From positions 496,001-560,000 of the forward strand of contig NW_027117340.1 of NCBI RefSeq assembly GCF_038025025.1: a stretch of DNA of 64,000 bases, written 5' to 3'. Of this stretch, positions 56,093-64,000 are shown piece by piece. The stretch comes from Phyllosticta citribraziliensis (Eukaryota). The translations under genes and the position numbers were made by a program. Below the pieces are notes generated by a model. It made no database searches, was not told where the DNA came from, and saw nothing but the letters and a program-made list of their open reading frames with translations. How positions within the stretch are numbered: position 1 is the first letter of the stretch; every line of letters begins with the position of its first letter.

Positions 56093-57802
56093 ATGCAGGC
56101 TGATCATTGGCTCTCCCGCTACGCCAGCGACTACCACGCTTGGCGAAAAGTTTACTCGGGCCAAGACCTGATCGCCTACCAAAGACCACTGGGCCTCGTT
56201 GAAACTGCCTTCGACATTGACGGCATCCACTATGGCGGCAGAGCCGACGTGAATTCGGCTTTCACCGTCGAGGCGCGCACCAGCCTGACGGTCGACGACT
56301 TTCGGCAAAGGATCACTCTGGCATGGGCCAACCTTCGAATCCTCCATGTCCTGCTCATGGCGACCGTGGTTCGGGACAGTGCTTTTACATCGAGAGAATT
56401 CAAGCTCGAGATCCCTGCGAGCAGCAGAGAAGCCGTCGAAAACGCTGCTTCCACCATTCGCTTCCTACAAAACAGTCACGAGCGCATCGAAATCGACGAC
56501 TTCTTCAAGCATTGTACAAACAGCGGCAGGGTCATCGATTCAGACAAGAGCCTCTCGGAACTCCTCGTTCTGCCATCCGAGCCGCTTCATGGAGGAACCT
56601 TTCGCCTCACCTTCTTCCTGGTCGCCGCCCACGAAACCTGCGACGGGCTCGTATTGCTGGGAAATTGGTGGCCTCACTTCCTCCGCCTCTTGAACACGCC
56701 CGTCGCAGGCTTGGAGCGTTCCTTGGAGCATGAGAGGCTTCCGCAGCGGTTGTGGGCTCGTCTGCCGCGAGCTCAAGAGGATCTTTACCCACGGGTTCAG
56801 GGCAGCATCGCCAGGCAGCGCTGGTACTGGGCGATCATGAGAGTTCTCAGACACGTCCGCAAGCCGCCCCCGCAAGGCTTCTTCAACCCGCTCAAACAGG
56901 CAAAAAGGCGCGATCATGCAATCTTGCCACCGCCAAAATACCCGGATGTCTTTGAGTACTCGGAAGAAAAGAAGCCTCCAATCAATGGCCATCGCATCGG
57001 AGCGGTTCTCTCTCGAACAGTGACGGATCGCTTAGAACGCTTGGCCAGGGCGGTAGGTGCCAGTGTTGGTGCAGCATGCTTTGCGCTGGTCGGTCTGTCC
57101 ATGATGGAGCTCGAGGAAGCCAAAAACCCGCAAGTCCCGTTGGAGCAGCGCCAACCGTTCGTCGGGTCATTCCCCATCAATCCAAGGCCGTTTTTCGGAT
57201 TCACCAGCCTTGCCGATTCCTGCATGTTGACATTTTCAGACGGCATTTGGTTGCCGTTTCTCCCATCGGATCTGCCTGTGGAGGCAAGATTGAGGTTGCT
57301 GATCCGCCAGGCGCATAGACAGCTGGGAATGTATCAGAAACGACTGCGGAGCGACAAGCTCAAGGGCAGCTGGGATCCGACCGACCCAGCTCGTGTCATT
57401 GCTTCGAGCTACCTAGTAGGCCTTGAGAGGATTGAAGACAAGAAGCCCGAGCATCTGCGGTCTGGCATCAGCCCGCAAGGCGCTTATCCGGCCAAATGGT
57501 CCCTCGGGACGGCCACATGCGGCATCAGCTCCATGGGGTCGGTCAAGAAGTTCTTGCAATCAGGCAAGTACAAGCTCGACGAGAAGGCGACCGAGGAGAC
57601 TGGGTTCGTGGCAGACTACCGTTCCTGCAGGACTTGCGTGAGGGCACGAGACGGCGAGTTTCTCGTTGGTGTCTCTGGAATGGATGATGGAATGACGTTT
57701 GACGTTTCGTACGACGGCAACGAGATTAGTGAGGAAGTGGCCTCGTTCTGGCGGAGTAATATTGAGAGCATTTTGGAGCCAAATGTCGTGGCAAGACTCT
57801 AG
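56093..57802 (+). CDS. Uncharacterised CoA-dependent acyltransferase-fold protein (HxxxDG) ending in the PTS1-like tripeptide ARL; intronless
   Basis: 569-aa ORF; YQRPLGLVE, AWANLRILHVLL, FFLVAAHETCDG, FPINPRPF, ISSMGSV; C-terminus VVARL*. Confidence 0.7.
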   Translation: MQADHWLSRYASDYHAWRKVYSGQDLIAYQRPLGLVETAFDIDGIHYGGRADVNSAFTVEARTSLTVDDFRQRITLAWANLRILHVLLMATVVRDSAFTSREFKLEIPASSREAVENAASTIRFLQNSHERIEIDDFFKHCTNSGRVIDSDKSLSELLVLPSEPLHGGTFRLTFFLVAAHETCDGLVLLGNWWPHFLRLLNTPVAGLERSLEHERLPQRLWARLPRAQEDLYPRVQGSIARQRWYWAIMRVLRHVRKPPPQGFFNPLKQAKRRDHAILPPPKYPDVFEYSEEKKPPINGHRIGAVLSRTVTDRLERLARAVGASVGAACFALVGLSMMELEEAKNPQVPLEQRQPFVGSFPINPRPFFGFTSLADSCMLTFSDGIWLPFLPSDLPVEARLRLLIRQAHRQLGMYQKRLRSDKLKGSWDPTDPARVIASSYLVGLERIEDKKPEHLRSGISPQGAYPAKWSLGTATCGISSMGSVKKFLQSGKYKLDEKATEETGFVADYRSCRTCVRARDGEFLVGVSGMDDGMTFDVSYDGNEISEEVASFWRSNIESILEPNVVARL

Positions 57803-58938
57803 ATGGATAGAGTGGATGGTTGTAGTCTCGGATTCCCGACAGTTTGACTAGTCGCTGTCACCTTCCCTTTTCTCGGTTTGAGAAGTGTCTATCCCCACAT
57901 CCCATTTCTCACGTGGAATCTCATTCATGAAGCCCAGAATCAGCTGGGCGTGGGAACAAGGGCGGCTGCGGAGCGCATGTACACTTGCATTTTCTCGGTA
58001 TCCAGGTCGTCGTAGAGTAGCGCCAGGTGGGATCGGCCAGAACGCACCTCGGAAGCAAGGACAGGCAACGATGTGCACAAGAAATTGACAAGAAATGAGA
58101 CGGTGGATGAGGCCCGATCTGGCAAACGTTTGTCGGCCGTGTGCTGCTTGGCGGTGGTTGTTGCATGACGTTGCCTCAGCCTTACGACGGCCTGGGCGTG
58201 GTTGAGGTGCAGCAAGCAAAGCACCGCTCGGCTTCACATGGGCGCGGTGTGAGACGGGGCTGGGATTCGATGCATCAGCAAGCACTCAGCTGACCAAGGC
58301 CAACGGCCGGTGGGGAAGAAGCAGAGTAGAAAAGTTCCGTGGACTGAAGAATGGGTGCGAGAGACATGACGGCGTCGGGAGTGGCGTCGAGGGTCTCGCG
58401 GGGGGTTCAGTTCAGGTCCAGGTCCAGGTCCAGTTGGCGCTTGCAGGGAGCTGGAGCTGGTGGCTGTTGTCAGGCCCGCCATCCTCGTTCAACGGTGATC
58501 ATGCTCCCTTTTTAACGCGCCTCTTCAGTCCTCTGTCGTCAACATCCATGGACGTCTAGTTCCGTGAGGCTCGTCTGGGGCCATGACGGCGGCCGCCTTC
58601 GTCGTCGGTTTCCCGCCTCCCCACCCAACTCCCCAGCTCCCGTCACCAGTCACCAGTCACCACAGCCATCTGCGACCATCATGGATGTGCATGTAGGCAG
58701 GCGCTACGGGCGTGACGTAGCACTGGATGCCAAAAAACTCCCCACGTCCTTCGTCGGTCTCTGCTCTGCTGTACATGACCACTGCTAGGCCCTGGGTCTG
58801 ATATTCTTAACCCCCGCTCCCCTAGTCCCAGTCGTATCCCCTGCCTCTTTGTATTGCCTAGCCTCTGCGTCCTGACTCTTGAACTTCAGCCCTCTTTTTC
58901 TTGTCTTCTTTGCCTTTGCCTTTCTGTCCATTCTTAGC

Positions 58939-60826
58939 ATGGCCGATCAGCAAGACGCCCCACCGCACCGACAGCATCAACACCAAATCAACGATCAAGC
59001 CAACGGCCACGCTTCGCCAAAATCACATGTACCGGACGACTTTTCCGGAGCCGGCGGCATGCCAGGACGGCGGCTTGCCCGCGCTCCTACAGTCAAGGTC
59101 TTGTCGTCTCAAATCGGCGGAGACGACGACGCGCCTCTGCCCTATACCGCCGACCCTTTTGATTTATGCTGGGAAGACATCAAGCTGCTGGCCCACAAGC
59201 TCTACCTATTTCCCGTCATCTTCTACCCGTGGTCCCGCCATCCGGACGATGAGACGTACCTTCAGCGCGGCAACGTCGTTAGCCTACTCTGGCAGGTGTT
59301 CCTGACCTTGTATCAACTCGTCTTCATCCTCTCGCTTCCGCTTTGCTTCTGGATGCCCCTGTCCGTCTTTCTCATCTACGTCGGTCTTTCCATCCTCATC
59401 TGCGTGCCCATCTGGATGCGGGTCAACGGGAGGAAGAGACTATTGAAGAGTGACCCGCGTATCGCCTCTGCTAGCCGACATCGGGACGAGCATTGGGTCT
59501 TTATCAACGGCGTGGCCGTGGGGTGAGTCTCGAAAAGAATACACAAAGCGCCATCTACCAGGCTTCTCAAGGAACATCCACCTGACCAGGCTACAGCAAA
59601 TACTGGCTCCAAGCCAACATCGACCGGCTAGCACGGATATTCCGGCGCCAAGTGACGGGCGTCCACAATCCGACCAATGGCCTCATCTTCGACCTGATCC
59701 AGTGCATGATCGAGCGCAACTTTAGCTACTCGACCCAAGACGTGCGCGACGCGTACAAGGTGGTCAAGGAAGCACTGCTCGACCCCTCGCGAAAAAAGAT
59801 TGTCCTCGTCCTCCATTCCCAAGGCGGCATCCAGGGCTCGCTCATGGTCGACTGGCTGCTCGCCGAGCTGCCCGACGACATCTTGCGCAAGGTCGAAGTG
59901 TACACTCTGGGCTGTGCTGCCAACCACTTTAACAATCCCCACCGCCATCTCGGCACCGACAAGCAGGAGGGACAGCCGCCGACTGCAAACGAAAAAGCCA
60001 TCCGCTATATTGAGCACTATGCTAATGATGGTGACATGGTGGCTCAGTGGGGCGTTTTGTACTTCACGCGCGTGCCAAACCGCTTCATGGGGCGTCTTTT
60101 CGAGCGCCAGGGTACGGGGCATCTGCTCAATGTAAGCTCATGTCCTCCTTCTCCAGAAAGCATCCTACTCACCAGCAACAGCAACACTATCTGAACTACA
60201 TGTTCCCACTCGGTCCAGACGGTGCGTGCATGCTCTTTTGACCATGAAACCCATGGTCCAACTAACGCGTTCCAGGCCGCGTCCTCGAGAACAACGACTT
60301 CATGGACGAGCCGGTCGTTTTTGACGAGGAGGAGCTCGGAGGACTCGACACGGACCGCGAAGGCCTAGAAAACTTGTGGCGTCTCCATCTCCGCGTGCCC
60401 GCCCACATCCACTCCCACTCGCGCTCCCGTTCCTCTTCCTGCTCCTCCTCAGACAGCAACGACAGCAGCACACCACCCTCCCCTGCGCACTCCTCTATCC
60501 CCCTTCTTCCTCCTACATCATCTGACACGCTCCTCATCGCGCCCCAAACAAGTGCTGTCGTCGTCGTTAACGGTGACTCCAGCCCCGTCGTCCCCCCGTC
60601 GCTTTCGTCGAACCCGGACAACAAGATCACCGGCAGTCGGCAAAACAGCGCAAACAACGGCGGCGGCGGCGCCGTCATCGACATCGACATCGATAGCACC
60701 GACGCGGACGACGAGCAGAGGCGCCGCCGTGCGCACGCCCATCGCCAGCGCCAGAACCGCGGGCCCCGCGTCAAGGACTTTAGCCGGCTGTGGCAGTATC
60801 GGAATGGGCGGAGTCCGAGGGATTGA
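58939..60826 (+). CDS. Membrane-anchored alpha/beta-hydrolase-like protein; 4 exons
   Basis: Hydrophobic segments, then WVFINGVAVG|...GVHNPTNGLIFDLIQC...VLVLHSQGG (nucleophile elbow)...EVYTLGCAANHFNNP...IEHYANDGDMVA...GHLLN|QHYL...RVKDFSRLWQYRNG. Confidence 0.8.
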
Positions 60827-61397
60827 GCGGGTTGGGGCGTGGCGTTTGCTGGCGAGTATGGTAGGATGAGGGTGGTGTTGGTTGGGAGGCGTTGTAAATA
60901 CCTGTACATACTTGTTCGAACTGCACCTACTTCTTGTACTTGGTACATACGCATGGCCATTGCAGTGGCCTGGCCTGGCTAGCTAACGCAACCGGACTCT
61001 GATTTGGGTTCTTGCATGAGGTAAAGACTCGAGCGGGGACTAGTGGGATGATTCTTCAGTCGCCAACTGCTTTGTCAATATACTAAGGGCTACGGTCCAG
61101 CAAAGCCGAATTTCCAGCCTTCAAATCCAGGGCAAGTTTGCGGCATGAGCAGAGTGGCGTGTGGCTCGTGTCGTAACTGTGGTAAAGATCTGCTCCGCGT
61201 ACGCCCACGAAGGTGGTCTTTGCCTGCTTGAATCATTTTAGTGACAAGACAATGAAAGCATGCAGTCGATTTCAATTGCATGCAGTTGGGAATTTCTCGA
61301 GCGCGTTGTGTTTAATTGCACAGAGTCTATTTGACATGATGCCGAGTTAGCTGGTATTGAGGAATGCTGCTGCTCTATTTGAACGCGGTTCCGGCAT

Positions 61398-62329
61398 CTA
61401 AGCCTTCTGCTGGTTCTGCTGAGAGACGATCCCTGTGGACAACGTTAGCACAACGGCACATCACAGCCGGGAGTTGTCGCAGCTTACTCTCAATGTCAGC
61501 AACGCTCTGGTTGAGAATCTGCTGGAGAGTCTTGGGGTTCTCGAGCTCCTTCTCAATCTTGGCAATGATGCTGGCGGCGAGCTCCTGCTGCTGCCTCTGC
61601 TTGACCTGGCCCTCGTAGCGGACCCACGAGTCGAGGACGTTCTTGGCCTCGGCGGCGAGGGCCGTCTTCTGCTCGAGCTCGTAGGCCTGGGCCTCGATCT
61701 GGGCGGTTTCCTGCAAATACACAGTCAGGCCCTTGTGTGTCCCCTACTTGTTCCGGTTTTTCTGTCATGTCCCGCGTACCTTGGAAACCGCAAACAGGTT
61801 CTTGGTGACCTCGACGACACCGCTCAGGTCCTGGACGTTGTTGATGCGCTTCTGGACGGCCTCGGTGTGCTCCTTGCGCGCGCCGTTGAGGATGCCGAGG
61901 ATCTTGCTGTGCTGGCCCTCGGCCCACTCGCTGTAGGCGGGACCGCCGTACTTGAAGGCAGCGGCGAAGACGGTCAGGAGGGAGAACATGACGATGGACT
62001 CCTCGTTGACGACGTAGAGCTCATTGCTGATGGCGGCAGCGCCGAGACCGGCGCTGGCAGAGAGGATGGCGGCCTTGGAGGCGATCGAGTTGCCCGGCAG
62101 CGAGTCAATGATGGACTGGGCCTTCTTCTTGGGCTCCTCCGAGGGCACATTGGACGAGGCGCGGGACGAGACGACTGCGGGAACAGCAGCGCGGACAGGC
62201 ACGGTAGGGCGGAGCCGGGCAGCGCCTGCGTCAACGTCAGTCAAGTGTTGCGATGCCAATTGCGGTCGATCCGGGGGGCAGAATCGGCGCTGGCATACCA
62301 AAGGCACCCCTTGCAAGACGAGAAGCCAT
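61398..62329 (-). CDS. ATP4: Mitochondrial ATP synthase subunit b (subunit 4); 4 exons
   Basis: MASRLARGAF|...EPKKKAQSIIDSLPGNS...ISNELYVVNEE...VTKNLFAVSK|ETAQIEAQAYE...EAKNVLDSWVRYEGQVKQRQQ...ILNQSVADIE|RIVSQQNQQKA*. Confidence 0.95.
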
Positions 62330-62548
62330 TGTTGGTGATGTGGGAGTGGAGAGGATGAGGCTCTTGAATCTTGCCGTGAGGAGCTTCGGGTACGCTGTTG
62401 CAAACCTGAGGTGACTGCTTGGCGTTGTCGGCGCCGATTGGTCCGAGTGCCCGTCCGGGACTCTGTGCTGCTTGACATTTTTCTGGGACGGCGCCTGCTC
62501 GACAAACACCTCGCTCACGACCGCTCCAGGACCGCGCTTCGATTGAAA

Positions 62549-64000
62549 ATGTCCTTGGCCTCTCCAGACCCGCTCGCCGGCCACAAGAGGAAAAGAGACG
62601 GCGAAAAGACCGCCGAGAAAACGAAGAAATCCAAGAGCAAATCGACCTCGACGACGGCCACCATCGCAAATGGCGACGACTTGGAAGCCCGCATTCTCGA
62701 GCTCGAGGGCGACATCAGCCAATCGCGCCGCCACTACAACAACATAGTCGAGCTGATTACAATCGCCAAGGATATCGATGCAAAAAGGTCGCGTCAGGAC
62801 GAGACGCCAAACCTGGCCATGCTCGCGCTGGTTCGCGTCTTCAGCAGGCTCTTGGCCACAGGGAACATGAAGAAGAGCAAGGGCTTGTCCGAATCAGAGC
62901 TCATGATTGTACAGTGGCTGAGGAAAAGATATCAAGAATTCACAGACTACCTTGTGTCCCGTCTCAATTGCAACGATGCTCTTGAGAGCTTGTGTCTGCA
63001 CCTTGCCATGCGCTTGGTGAAGGGAGAGGTTCAGTCACAGGCAGGCCATGGCGATGATGCTTGGAAACAAGGCCTCTTCCGGAAGGTCGTGCGTGAGGCA
63101 TTGTCTTGCGACGAGTGGATAACAATGGACGAGTTCCGGGAAAAGTTCGCTAACGAGTACACCGACGTGAGATTTTATACTCTACAAGCGATCTCGTAAG
63201 TTTGCTGCCTGTACGTTGGACTGTAAGCTGACTGTCACAGTTCGATATTGAAAGAACCACCATCACCTGCCGAGCAGGAGGTTTTGGTGAGCAACAGCCT
63301 TCAATACCTCCTCTTGATCGGAGAACTACCTGGAGACGAGAAGTTCTTTGGTGATTTCTTCGGCCCGGAACCCGAACAACCCAAGCACGCATTGAAATCC
63401 CTATCCGCGCACAAGAGACAAGGACAGGATGCCTGGCTAGCACTGCTGAGATCCGGGCTGGACGCAGATCAGCGCAAGAGGGTGCTCGGCAGCATGACCG
63501 GTTGGGTCGTTCCTTGGTTCCTCAAGGTCGAACTGTTGATGGACTTTTTGACCGACTCTTACAACGTGGGCGGTGGTACTTCTCTCCTGGCTCTTGCAGG
63601 ACTCTTCCACTTGATGAAGGAGAAGAACTTGGATTACCCTTCGTTTTACCAGAAGCTCTACTCGCTCCTCGACGACGGGCTGTTGAATTCCAAATACCGC
63701 TCACGCTTCTTCCGCCTTCTGGACGAGTTCATGTCTTCGACCCATCTTCCTGCTGCGCTTGTGGCTAGTTTCATCAAACGCCTCTCCCGGCTGGCACTCC
63801 ACGCTCCCCCTGCCGGCATCGTCGTGGTCGTCCCATGGGTGTACAACATGCTGAAAAGGCACCCGGCGTGTACCTTTATGATTCACCGAGAGGTCCGAGA
63901 CCCACAAGCGCGGGAGGAGCTGGAGGAGAGGGGAATGAACGACCCATTCGACATGGAGGAGCAGGACCCAATGGAGACTGATGCGATTGAAAGCAGCCTT
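62549..64000 (+). CDS. NOC4: Nucleolar complex protein Noc4 (CBF/Mak21 domain), 3'-partial; intron 63196-63240
   Basis: LMDFLTDSYNVGGGTSLLALAGLFHLM...NLDYPSFYQKLYSLL...SSTHLPAALVASFIKRLSRLAL...YNMLKRHP...DPF...AIESSL. Confidence 0.92.

Noticed and set aside
650..61400. Readthrough contexts at the other genes' stop codons
   Set aside because: Checked by eye; none of the other annotated stops inspected has the TGA-CTA context, so the signal at 5662 is specific.
61435..62358. 307-aa + strand ORF (also 24733..25635, 36648..37760, 50021..50803, 51665..54682)
   Set aside because: Antisense to well-supported genes (ATP4, decarboxylase, repeat protein, bL21m, VPS10).

Overview
Gene-dense eukaryotic DNA from a filamentous ascomycete (Pezizomycotina, inferred from short GT-AG introns with CTRAC branch points and the gene content). 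About 28 protein-coding genes can be supported. Most are housekeeping: RRN3, MDE1, a PWWP protein, CGR1, an ornithine carrier, PXMP4, a PWI/SR protein, DNM1, CSN4, TFIIF-beta, mitochondrial bL21, VPS10, ATP4 and NOC4. There is also an intron-containing tRNA-Gln(CTG) and a small accessory block (metallo-beta-lactamase fold, P450, MFS, aromatic-acid decarboxylase). No CRISPR array or recognisable transposon was seen. The most striking signal is at the flavodoxin-like quinone reductase (Pst2/Ycp4/WrbA family). Its stop codon sits in the leaky context TGA-CTAG, is followed by a perfect 8-bp hairpin, and the reading frame stays open for 60 more codons ending in GPCGLPTKCEVM*, a CaaX-type prenylation box with an upstream Cys. 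This suggests stop-codon readthrough switches one gene between a soluble isoform and a lipid-anchored isoform. Other observations: a GC-AG intron, a possible 1-kb terminal intron changing the Dnm1 C-terminus, a uORF and CpcA/Gcn4-type sites before the ornithine carrier, shared CGG-type promoter motifs in the P450/MFS/decarboxylase block, a PTS1-bearing HxxxDG acyltransferase, and a protein with tandem 15-aa motifs. All product calls come from recognising motifs by eye; no database search was run.
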